From a virus (taxonomy: Duplodnaviria; Caudoviricetes): 35,262 nt of DNA. Under the pieces are notes generated by a model. It had not been told where the DNA came from. It searched no databases and saw only the letters and a program-made list of their open reading frames with translations. A program made the translations under genes and the position numbers. Positions 1-7,413 of this stretch are shown here, one piece after another; the first letter of the stretch is position 1, and every line of letters starts with the position of its first letter. The stretch is from the IMG/VR virus record IMGVR_UViG_3300026848_000006, positions 1-35,262 of that record, one strand, 5' to 3'.

Positions 1-249
1 CTAGGCGGCTTCTTCGGAATCGGTGTCGATATCGCAAGCTTGGCCGAAAGCTTCGCGCTCGTATTCGCGCAATTTATTGATCGGATAGCGGACAGCGCCA
101 GCCGCTTTGACGGGCTTCGGGCCGGAACCCTCGCTTCGCCAGAAGGCTAGGGTGTTGGTTGATATCGGCTTGCCGTTACGGCCCAAAATACCAGCCGCCG
201 CCCATCGGTCGCTCACTTGAGTGGATGTTAGAAAAATCGGCTGTGTCAT
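1..249 (-). CDS. Excisionase-like / AlpA-MerR-type HTH DNA-binding protein
   Basis: 82 aa with 'ISTNTLAFWRSEGSGPKPVKAAGAVRYP', the typical TL..WR..G.GP...K.G..VRY pattern. Last gene of the leftward early operon. Confidence 0.75.
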   Translation of the reverse strand: MTQPIFLTSTQVSDRWAAAGILGRNGKPISTNTLAFWRSEGSGPKPVKAAGAVRYPINKLREYEREAFGQACDIDTDSEEAA

Positions 250-536
250 GACAAGCGTTCCCCTGCGGTAAATTCGCCATTGATCCAGTTGTTTGCAAGT
301 TCGATGGCGGCGGGTTCATTCCAGTCAAAGCCCTTGTTGCCGAATTTGATCCCGTCACCTTGAAGTAGGTCTAGGATCGATCCCGCGTCTATGTAGGCGT
401 TGTCCCGGTTCTTGCCGAAGAAGGCTTGTTTTCGAAGCTGGCAAAGCTGGCGGGCGATGGCTGCTAAGAAGCCCTTGCGGTTCAGGTTACGCTTGCACAT
501 GGCTTTTCCCCGGATAGTCGTTGTGCTGTTGTCCAT
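246..536 (-). CDS. Hypothetical phage protein
   Basis: 96-aa ORF. Its stop overlaps the xis-like start (ATGA coupling at 246-249) and it has the same orientation as the operon. Confidence 0.55.
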   Translation of the reverse strand: MDNSTTTIRGKAMCKRNLNRKGFLAAIARQLCQLRKQAFFGKNRDNAYIDAGSILDLLQGDGIKFGNKGFDWNEPAAIELANNWINGEFTAGERLS

Positions 537-1659
537 CCAGTTCGCGACCAGCGGCTTTTTTCCCGACCTTTATAACGCTTTGCTCCGGGTCGAGGTCGTC
601 GCACCACATTGGGTAAGGCCAGTCTTCCCATTTCCGTTCATCTGGGTTCCATTCTTTCCAGACGTATTTGCTGATCTCTGGGTTATCAGAAATGTCGTTC
701 TTCGCGCCAATCTGGGGTATCCAAGCGCCCCACTGCTTGAAGAAGAACGGTACGCTTGACGCCTTGCACTGATCGCGTAGAGAGCGCGCCCAATCTGGAT
801 GCATAGGGCGGGCCTTGTGTCCGCTTTCGCCGCCACAGATGACCCAGTCGAGGCCTTGCCCTGATTGAGGGGGGCGAATGGGATTTTTATCGCGTTTGCG
901 ACCATTGAACTTGTGACTGCCGCACCAATAGTTAGTTTTACCGCAGTCCGGGCAAGTTCTCTGCCATGTTCCCGAAAAATACCCGCGACATCCAGAACAT
1001 TGCCATGCGATGTTAAGCCATCTTTCGATTTGAAGTGGTCCAAGCAGCGGCTCCGCGCTGATGAACCGCACCACTGCCGGTGTGTTCAGCAAATGGGGAA
1101 TACGGTGATCCGCCGTGGCTTGATCCTCGACACTCGTTCCAATCCAAACGTTTGGAAGCGGCATTTCGAGAGCGCCCTTGCGGTTTCCCAAAAATGCCGG
1201 AATTTGGTTGATGGCTTTGCAGATAGCTGGATCGCCCATATGCAGGCGATTAACCAGCGCAGTGTTGGCGTACGAAATTCTTTTGGTCAGCACGATAAAT
1301 GTGTGCTGCGGGGCAAGTGCCATAACTGCCCACACATTCCAAATCCATTCGATAGGATGGCCCTCGTAAAAAAGATCGGTCATACTGCACACAAAGATCG
1401 TGCGCGGTTTCTTCCAACGTAGCGGCTGCATCAGTACGGTTTCATCAAGGAACAAATCAACCTGCTCGGCATCCTGTGCTGCGTAGCGTGCCGGGTTCTT
1501 GAACCGCTTCTGGAAGTCGGCGGCGTAGCAATTCTGACAACCCGCAGAAACCTTGGTGCAGAAATGGCCGGTACCACCGGTTGCCTTGTTCTTCGCTCTG
1601 ATGGGGTTCCATGTCTCGCCCTTGGTGCCGGGGCGTTGGGTCCATTCGATTTTGGTCAT
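487..1659 (-). CDS. Phage Gp37/Gp68 family protein (DUF5131), three-Cys radical-SAM-like, with an internal Zn-ribbon insertion
   Basis: Begins 'MTKIEWT...TWNP...CTKVSAGCQNCYA' and contains 'IFVCSMTDLF', 'VLTKR', 'NVWIGTSVEDQ', 'RFISAEPLLG', 'DWVICGGESG..ARPMHPDWARSLRDQC....VPFFFKQWG'. The true start is ATG 1659; the ORF track fuses it to the upstream gene. Confidence 0.88.
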   Translation of the reverse strand: MTKIEWTQRPGTKGETWNPIRAKNKATGGTGHFCTKVSAGCQNCYAADFQKRFKNPARYAAQDAEQVDLFLDETVLMQPLRWKKPRTIFVCSMTDLFYEGHPIEWIWNVWAVMALAPQHTFIVLTKRISYANTALVNRLHMGDPAICKAINQIPAFLGNRKGALEMPLPNVWIGTSVEDQATADHRIPHLLNTPAVVRFISAEPLLGPLQIERWLNIAWQCSGCRGYFSGTWQRTCPDCGKTNYWCGSHKFNGRKRDKNPIRPPQSGQGLDWVICGGESGHKARPMHPDWARSLRDQCKASSVPFFFKQWGAWIPQIGAKNDISDNPEISKYVWKEWNPDERKWEDWPYPMWCDDLDPEQSVIKVGKKAAGRELDGQQHNDYPGKSHVQA

Positions 1660-2031
1660 TGCGGTTCTCCGTTGGCCCATTTTATGATCCAGCCCTGAAA
1701 CGGCAGATTGAAGAAGGCGAACATTTCCCCGGTGGTCGTGAAACCGTCCTGCCGGGCGATTTGTGCGAGTTCGTTTTCTGAAATCTCGCGGTCGCCGATG
1801 GTCATCCGGGGGGGTGTCATTTTCTTTGAACAGGCGAACCGTGCTTACAAAGGTTGCGGTTCCAGATCCGAGCAATCGGCAATTTTTTGTTCTCATGCCG
1901 GTGTAAAGCTTCAGGTGGTCATGAACCTTGCAGGTCGGGCGGCTGTCGCGACGCTCGGCGCGGATGGTCTGCGTTTTTCGTCCGGTTTCAACGTCGTCGG
2001 CGAAACGGGCCTGAAAATTAATGGCGGGCAT
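1656..2031 (-). pseudogene. ASCH/PUA-like phage protein, frameshifted at a G7 tract (1808-1814)
   Basis: N-terminus 'MPAINFQARFADDVETGRKTQTIR...LKLYTGMRTKNCRLLG'. Removing one base from the tract gives '...IARQDGFTTTGEMFAFFNLPFQGWIIKW...*', ending at TGA 1658-1656, which overlaps the DUF5131 ATG. Confidence 0.7.
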
Positions 2032-2374
2032 TGGAATGTCCCCCTTTTTGCTGGTTCTCGTAGGCGCGCTTCAGTTCTTTGTGCTGGTTGCGGCGCTCGC
2101 GTTCTTCGCGAAGCCAGTCGTCGATGATCTGGCAAAGTTGCGTGAAGCCGCCTTTCAGGCGTTTACCGCGCCATTCCATGGCGAAATCGTAAAGTTGTGC
2201 CCCGCGCTCGTAGCGGCGCTTGTGGAACGTTTTACGGCATGTGTTGCCGCAATATTCCTGATCGTGTCGGCCCGGATGGAACGGATGACCGCATTCCCGG
2301 CAATAGCCGATTGTCCGGGGCGGGGTGCCTTTTGGTTTGATTACCGCTTGTGCGGTTTCGGTCGATAAGTGCAT
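2018..2374 (-). CDS. Hypothetical phage protein with a Cys4 zinc finger
   Basis: 'CRECGHPF...QEYCGNTCRK' motif. An AGGAG RBS precedes the ATG on the minus strand. Confidence 0.7.
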   Translation of the reverse strand: MHLSTETAQAVIKPKGTPPRTIGYCRECGHPFHPGRHDQEYCGNTCRKTFHKRRYERGAQLYDFAMEWRGKRLKGGFTQLCQIIDDWLREERERRNQHKELKRAYENQQKGGHSNARH

Positions 2375-2385
2375 TTTGGTTGCTC

Positions 2386-2574
2386 CTATGCGTCAGGATC
2401 TTGATTGGTTGCCCGGTCGCAGATCCGACGCAGGAATGTCTCGGCGGAAGGGCTGCTTTCGAAGTGCTGCGCGTGTGTTTTGAGTGCTGCCAGTGCTTCG
2501 CGTAGGGCGCGGGCTCCGTGGATCTCCGCGACCAGTAAGATCTCGTCGCCGCGCAAATGGGTTTTTGCTGTCAT
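2386..2574 (-). CDS. Small hypothetical phage protein
   Basis: 62 aa, fills the gap between ssb and the Zn-finger gene in operon orientation. An alternative-frame ORF (2393-2608) also exists. Confidence 0.45.
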   Translation of the reverse strand: MTAKTHLRGDEILLVAEIHGARALREALAALKTHAQHFESSPSAETFLRRICDRATNQDPDA

Positions 2575-2585
2575 TTGTTCGGCCT

Positions 2586-3035
2586 TCAGAACGGGATTTC
2601 GTCGTCAAGGTCGGGGTATCCGGTCGATCCTGCTGTATCGTCCGGTTTTCCTGCGCCCTGATCGGTGTTGGGGGTGCCGTCGCCTATCCGGTCCAGAATT
2701 GTCAAAGTGCCCTTGTAGGGCTCTAAAACGATTTCTGTTGTGTAGTTGTCCTTGCCGTCCTGGCCTTGCCATTTGCGGGTGCGAATGGGGGCCTCGACAT
2801 AAACCTTTGTTCCCTTCTTCAGGTACTTCTCGGCAATCTCGGCAAGGGCTTCGTTGAAAATGATAATGCGATGCCGTTCGGTTCGTTCGCGCCGCTCGCC
2901 AGATTGGCGGTCGCGCCAGCTTTCCGATGTGGCGATACTGAAATTCGCGATCTTTTTTCCGGCCTGTGAAAACCGAATTTCGGGATCCTTGCCGAGGTTG
3001 CCGACAAGGATCGCTTTATTGACTGATCCGGCCAT
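2586..3035 (-). CDS. ssb: Single-stranded DNA-binding protein
   Basis: '[21 protein letters not shown]', '[11 protein letters not shown]', acidic tail 'DLDDEIPF'. Confidence 0.97.
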   Translation of the reverse strand: MAGSVNKAILVGNLGKDPEIRFSQAGKKIANFSIATSESWRDRQSGERRERTERHRIIIFNEALAEIAEKYLKKGTKVYVEAPIRTRKWQGQDGKDNYTTEIVLEPYKGTLTILDRIGDGTPNTDQGAGKPDDTAGSTGYPDLDDEIPF

Positions 3036-3047
3036 TTTGAAAGCTCC

Positions 3048-3929
3048 TTACAGGTTCTCAAGCTTGGTTATGAGGTCTTCTCGAATGTCCTGTTCGCGTT
3101 CGAGAACGTGGTTGAATGCGTCCCAATCCATGCGGTCGCGGATGGCGTCACTGACAATTGTTCGAAGGGTTTGGGGCGGGATTGCTTCGGCCTGCGTCGT
3201 CAGGCCGGAAAAGGCGCGGTTGTCGGTGCGTTTTGGCGGGGCGGTGGGAAGGCCTATTTCCTCGACCTGCTCGGGTGTTACGGCAAGTCGGACAACGTTT
3301 ATTTTTCCGCCGTAGTGACCCACGAAAGCCTTCAGATCCTCGTCAAGGCTGTTATGCATGTGGACGCCGGAAGGGTCGTGATCGCCGATATGGAGAACCT
3401 CGACTTCATCGTAGTCAGAAACTTCAAGGGCGAAGTTATGCTTGCTGGTGACGCTATCGAAGCCGCCGCTTGACAGGACGGAAACGCCATACTCCCGGCA
3501 GTAGTTGGCAAGCTGCGGAAGCATCCCGCCCGCTTCGCACCAAACCATTCTATGAACCGGCTGGCCTTCCTGCCGATGAAGCTTGAAATTGGTGCAAGCG
3601 CTTTTGAAGCTCTTAACGAGTTGTTCCGGCGAGTGCCACCCGTAAGGGGTGTCCCTGCGAAGCCCGTCGTCACGGATATCGTTCATGTCGATAAACCTCG
3701 CGCGGCGGGCGCGGTTCATCACTTCGCAAAGACGTTGATAGTCCTTTTCGGTTTTCTCAAAGCCATAGCGCGAAACCAGCATGTAAAAGATCTGGCGGAG
3801 CGTGAGCGGGGCGATATCCCGGTTGTCGTTCAGGATCGAATTGACGTTTTCGATCAGTGCGAGCGTTTGGGGTTTTGGGGACCATTCGTCAATAAAGCCG
3901 CGTGGTCGTGTACGGTTTTTCAATGTCAT
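3048..3929 (-). CDS. TopoVI-A/Spo11/DUF2399-like protein (winged helix + TOPRIM)
   Basis: 'LTLRQIFYMLV' (RxxxY helix), TOPRIM-like 'VWCE', and 'LHIGDHDPSG..M' (DxD). Confidence 0.7.
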   Translation of the reverse strand: MTLKNRTRPRGFIDEWSPKPQTLALIENVNSILNDNRDIAPLTLRQIFYMLVSRYGFEKTEKDYQRLCEVMNRARRARFIDMNDIRDDGLRRDTPYGWHSPEQLVKSFKSACTNFKLHRQEGQPVHRMVWCEAGGMLPQLANYCREYGVSVLSSGGFDSVTSKHNFALEVSDYDEVEVLHIGDHDPSGVHMHNSLDEDLKAFVGHYGGKINVVRLAVTPEQVEEIGLPTAPPKRTDNRAFSGLTTQAEAIPPQTLRTIVSDAIRDRMDWDAFNHVLEREQDIREDLITKLENL

Positions 3930-3941
3930 GAGTGAATGATC

Positions 3942-4553
3942 CTATTTCTTGGCAACCCGGATGCCGCCCCAAGCGAGGCCGCGTTTCTGCGGCGGAAGCC
4001 AGCGTTCAAGACGGTTCAGAAATTCCTCCATCGCGCGAGGCCAAGGCCATGCCCGGATCGGGTCGGAAAGGGGCGGGGGGAGTCCTTCGATAGCGAAGTT
4101 GCACGGGCGGTTGAGATCCCGCCGTTCGGTGGCTGCAATTACGTTGTCGGCCTTTTTGATTAGTGCGGCCTCGTGATCGGGGATCGGGTAAGTCAGCCCC
4201 GCGGCGGCAAAGAACGCTTTCTTTTGCATGTCTTCGGCCTGTTTGAGCGCTTCCGCGCCGCCCAAGCTGCGAAATAGCATTTTGGTCGGGGATGGCATGT
4301 CAAAGCCAAGCCCGCACTCGTCCGTATCGTGGAGCAAACCTTTGAGTTTAAGGGGTGGTGGCAGGAGATCCGCCACATGACAGGAATGTTGGGCGACGCT
4401 GTAAGTCACTGTTGTTGAGCCACCCCAACGGCAGATCTTTGCCAGTGATTCGGCAACGTCAGGCCAAAAAACGTCGTCTTCGGTTGGGTTAAGCAGGGGC
4501 CAGCGCGCGCCGGATGGCATTTGCCGCCAAAGGGTGTTTTGGTGCTGTTTCAT
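3942..4553 (-). CDS. HD-domain phosphohydrolase (YfbR/YfdR-like 5'-deoxynucleotidase)
   Basis: 'AESLAKICRWGG...YSVAQHS', 'LLHD', 'IKKADN...ATERRDL'. The start is placed at ATG 4553, just after the upstream gene's stop. Confidence 0.85.
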   Translation of the reverse strand: MKQHQNTLWRQMPSGARWPLLNPTEDDVFWPDVAESLAKICRWGGSTTVTYSVAQHSCHVADLLPPPLKLKGLLHDTDECGLGFDMPSPTKMLFRSLGGAEALKQAEDMQKKAFFAAAGLTYPIPDHEAALIKKADNVIAATERRDLNRPCNFAIEGLPPPLSDPIRAWPWPRAMEEFLNRLERWLPPQKRGLAWGGIRVAKK

Positions 4554-4555
4554 GG

Positions 4556-4669
4556 TTAATGGATCCGGTCGATGCAGATTGCGGCAAGAGCCAAAAGAAT
4601 GAGCAAAACAGAGGCCCATCCGGTCGGGGTAAGCTGGTTTCGCGCGCGGCGAAGAAGCCGGTTTTTCAT
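4556..4669 (-). CDS. Small single-pass membrane protein
   Basis: 'MKNRLLRRARNQLTPTGWASVLLILLALAAICIDRIH'. This is the C-terminal part of track ORF 4556-4879; the start is uncertain. Confidence 0.4.
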   Translation of the reverse strand: MKNRLLRRARNQLTPTGWASVLLILLALAAICIDRIH

Positions 4670-4694
4670 CGATGCTGCCTTTGACGCTGTTTGG

Positions 4695-4865
4695 TTATCC
4701 CGATGTCCGTTCGTCTTCGCGGGCATGTTCTGCGCGAAGCCAGTCGCGCGTAGCCATGACAACGTGTCGGGTATTTTCCGGGGTTCGGTGCCGGAACCAT
4801 CGGCGAATAGCCGATAGAAGGGCTTGTTCTTCGGGGAAAAGGCGGTTATCGCCGATGGTTCCCAT
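4695..4865 (-). CDS. Small hypothetical protein (below the ORF-track cutoff)
   Basis: Manual translation gives 'MGTIGDNRLFPEEQALLSAIRRWFRHRTPENTRHVVMATRDWLRAEHAREDERTSG*', which tiles the early operon. Confidence 0.35.
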   Translation of the reverse strand: MGTIGDNRLFPEEQALLSAIRRWFRHRTPENTRHVVMATRDWLRAEHAREDERTSG

Positions 4866-4995
4866 TGCTCCGATCCCATTGCTTGAGAACTCGGGCAGCG
4901 AGCTTTTTCAGGCTCGTCGCTGCCTGCGAGTTTTCGAGGATGGCGCGGGCTTCGGTTTGCCAGCGTTTAAGAAGGGTTGCCGGAACCGCGCGCAT
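4846..4995 (-). CDS. Small hypothetical protein (below the ORF-track cutoff)
   Basis: Manual translation gives 'MRAVPATLLKRWQTEARAILENSQAATSLKKLAARVLKQWDRSNGNHRR*', starting 3 nt after the stop of 4999-5205. Confidence 0.4.
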   Translation of the reverse strand: MRAVPATLLKRWQTEARAILENSQAATSLKKLAARVLKQWDRSNGNHRR

Positions 4996-4998
4996 GGT

Positions 4999-5205
4999 TC
5001 AGATCTCCCCCGAAATCCGTCCGCCTGCGATGGCTCCTGCCTGATCGCGAAAACGGTCAATTTCGATTGGAGAGAACCCCCGGCAAATCAGTTGATCGCG
5101 TGAAACCGATCCGTTGAGTTTGGCGATTTCCGTCATGGCGTCAGCCATGGCGTTCAAGCGTGACTGGGGTGCGAGCTTTTCTCGGTTGTGTGGGGAAGTG
5201 CGCAA
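4999..5205 (-). CDS. Hypothetical protein, first gene of the leftward early operon
   Basis: 68 aa, preceded by a strong AGGAGG RBS (plus strand cctcct 5211-5216), downstream of the putative PL. Confidence 0.65.
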   Translation of the reverse strand: MRTSPHNREKLAPQSRLNAMADAMTEIAKLNGSVSRDQLICRGFSPIEIDRFRDQAGAIAGGRISGEI

Positions 5206-5230
5206 AATTGCCTCCTATGCCTCAGTTGAG

Positions 5231-5290
5231 GTGCATAAGATGCAACTTTAAAAAATGCATGTCAATGCACAAAAGTGCATCATATGCAAC
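5231..5290 (-). promoter_or_regulatory. Putative PL promoter and OL operators
   Basis: Minus-strand TTGACA at 5265-5260, flanked by GTGCAT-N3-ATGCAAC sites at 5231-5246 and 5275-5290, plus a variant over the -35. Confidence 0.7.
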
Positions 5291-5331
5291 AAGGCGGGCG
5301 CGCGAAGGTCTGGCGCGGGTCTTTCGGGCTG

Positions 5332-5655
5332 CTAGTTGGTGCAGTGACCGTAATAAATCAGATCGTAGGTTTTGGCGGCAAGGATTGTGCCATTATAGAC
5401 GGATTTGCGGTCGTCAATGACATAGCCGTTAGGGCACAGATTGTTATCCGTGAGGTATTGTTGCAGCCATTCAATTCGGGTTGCTTCGCTTTCCGGGTCT
5501 TCCGGTTTGTAGGCCGCGTTTGCGAATGCTTTATACCTGAACTCGTTCGCGCCGGTTGGTTCAAACTCCGTCATGTAAAGGCGATCAACGCTTGCGCATC
5601 CTGCGAGCGACAAAAGGGTGCTGATCAGGGCTGCACGAGCGGTGATGCGATGCAT
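5332..5655 (-). CDS. Lipoprotein, candidate superinfection-exclusion / lysogenic conversion protein
   Basis: Signal peptide with lipobox 'LLSLAG|C'. Lies directly downstream of and co-oriented with the repressor gene. Confidence 0.7.
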   Translation of the reverse strand: MHRITARAALISTLLSLAGCASVDRLYMTEFEPTGANEFRYKAFANAAYKPEDPESEATRIEWLQQYLTDNNLCPNGYVIDDRKSVYNGTILAAKTYDLIYYGHCTN

Positions 5656-5670
5656 GGTTCGTTCCTGATT

Positions 5671-6384
5671 TTATCGTTTGTGGTACTTGGCGACGATCAG
5701 ATAAACGGCTTGGATGGTATCCTTCGGAATGCTGAACTCGTCGCTCGGATTATACTGCGCAAGGCGGATTTCCTTGCTGTTGGTGGAAATCAAAGTTTTA
5801 ACAAGTGCTTCAAATTCCTGGGTTGAGCCGTTCTTTTTGACAACAAGAACATCGTCCCCCGGATTGGCGGGTTTGCTTGGGTGTATCAGGATCATGTCGC
5901 CCTGCCGGTAGGCGGGGAACATTGAATCGCCGACGACATACATTCCAAAGCCGTTTTTGACGTTGAACAACGGTTCAGGGCGTTTGACCCAATCAATCGG
6001 CTCGTATGAAATCACCATGCCAGTTTGCCCGCCTTGGGCGCTTGCATAAACAGGCAGATCCAGTCGATCACCAACAAGGTTTTCCGTAACCATCCCGTCG
6101 GCGCGGGTTCTGGTTGCTTCTATCGCAACCGAACCGGCTTGGTGGGGTGTATCTGCGGATTTCGGGCGAGTTCCTTCTGGTGGCGGCTCATAGAGGGCTG
6201 CGGGTGTTACGCCAAGGGCGGCGGCGATGCCGTTAAGGGTTGCGCTTGTGATGCCGGAAACGTTTCGTTCCAGTTTTGACACTATGGATTTGTCTCGTCC
6301 GATCTGGTCGGCAAGATCCTGTTGCGTGAGGTTGCGCGCCTTCCGCCATTCGCGGATGTGAAGCTGTGGTTCGTTTTTTTGCAT
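5671..6384 (-). CDS. cI: CI-like repressor (XRE HTH + S24 peptidase)
   Basis: HTH 'IREWRKARNLTQQDLADQIGRDKSIVSKLERN'; S24 catalytic 'VVGDSMFP' and 'ALVKTL'. Divergent from the cro-like gene; start placed at ATG 6384. Confidence 0.92.
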   Translation of the reverse strand: MQKNEPQLHIREWRKARNLTQQDLADQIGRDKSIVSKLERNVSGITSATLNGIAAALGVTPAALYEPPPEGTRPKSADTPHQAGSVAIEATRTRADGMVTENLVGDRLDLPVYASAQGGQTGMVISYEPIDWVKRPEPLFNVKNGFGMYVVGDSMFPAYRQGDMILIHPSKPANPGDDVLVVKKNGSTQEFEALVKTLISTNSKEIRLAQYNPSDEFSIPKDTIQAVYLIVAKYHKR

Positions 6385-6458
6385 GGTGAGCAACATCCTA
6401 GCAGAAATTGCAACAAATTCTGTTGCATAGTTGGTGCATGATATGCAACATAAGGTGC
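6385..6458. promoter_or_regulatory. OR-like divergent control region
   Basis: GTGCAT-gat-ATGCAAC at 6434-6449 matches the OL sites; the inverted repeat TGCAACA-aattc-TGTTGCA and further TGCA half-sites are also present. Confidence 0.7.
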
Positions 6459-6683
6459 ATGAGCACACTAGGCGAATACCTCAAATCACAAGGCATCACT
6501 TACGCCGCATTCGGCGAGCGGATTGGCAAGAACAAGTCAACCGTTAGCCGGATTGTTGGCGGGAAGGTGAATGTTGATCGTGCGACGGTAGAGGCGATTT
6601 ATCGCGCAACGGATCAGGCCATTACCCCGAACGATCTCTATGGGATCGGGGGTGGCAGTTCGTCGGGCGGGGAGGCTGTTTAA
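6459..6683 (+). CDS. cro: Cro-like HTH regulator
   Basis: 'MSTLGEYLKSQGITYAAFGERIGKNKSTVSRIVGG...IYRATDQAITPNDL', divergent from cI. Confidence 0.85.
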   Translation: MSTLGEYLKSQGITYAAFGERIGKNKSTVSRIVGGKVNVDRATVEAIYRATDQAITPNDLYGIGGGSSSGGEAV

Positions 6684-6906
6684 TGTTTCTTCCTGTTTCG
6701 AATTGCCTTTTCGCCAATCCGTTTAAGTCGGCGAACGCGGTCCAGATCTTTCGTCATCCGCTTGTGTTGCGGGTGGTTCGGGTTGGCTCGCAACTTCTGC
6801 TCACAGATGGTTGCGAGTGTTTCAAGTCGGTCGTTTTGCTTTTTCATGTCCCGATCATGCCGGGTTCTTCGAGCCAAGGCATTGCGCAATATACAGGAAA
6901 TTACGC

Positions 6907-7413
6907 ATGACTTCTCGTAATGGCGCGGTCATGGGCCGCCAGTTTCCCGCGAGTACCTATCAAGGTATCAAAACGGCGTTTCGCCGACTGACAAAAGCTG
7001 TTGGCGGTCAGGAAAGTGCTGCAAGTATCACGCGGGTTGATTATCAGCGATTGGGGCGATACGGGCGCGCGAGCGAGGGTATGTTTGCCCCGGTCGATGT
7101 TGTCGCGGATCTTGAACAGGACGCGGGCGAGCCGATTGTAACCCGCTACCTTGCCGATTTGCAGGGCTATGTTTTGTTTGCCAAGCCGCCCGCCCATGGT
7201 GACGCAGAATGGGTCGCGCATTTGGGGGCATTGGGTAAGGAGGCGGGCGAGGCCATGGCGCGCCTGTCCGAGGCTTTGGCGTCTGGTGGTGTTGTTACTG
7301 CGCAGGAGGTTCGTGACCTTGAACTTCGCCGCGAGATCGGCGACGTGATTGAAGTTCTGGCGCGGATAGATAGTGCGTTGGTGTCTGTTCTTGATGCCGA
7401 GGTTCAGGAATGA
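6907..7413 (+). CDS. CII-like phage regulatory protein
   Basis: Position after cro; 'LTKAVGGQESAA', 'FAPVDVVADLE...G.P.VT..LA...GY', 'KEAGEA'. An AGGA RBS precedes ATG 6907. Confidence 0.65.
   Translation: MTSRNGAVMGRQFPASTYQGIKTAFRRLTKAVGGQESAASITRVDYQRLGRYGRASEGMFAPVDVVADLEQDAGEPIVTRYLADLQGYVLFAKPPAHGDAEWVAHLGALGKEAGEAMARLSEALASGGVVTAQEVRDLELRREIGDVIEVLARIDSALVSVLDAEVQE

Noticed and set aside
487-2031. Single 514-aa protein as given in the ORF track
   Set aside because: It is better explained as two genes joined by a one-base homopolymer shift (see findings).
5301-5317. 17-bp match CGCGAAGGTCTGGCGCG also at 19719-19735
   Set aside because: The match is GC-rich and short enough to arise by chance in 35 kb, and the two sites share no context.
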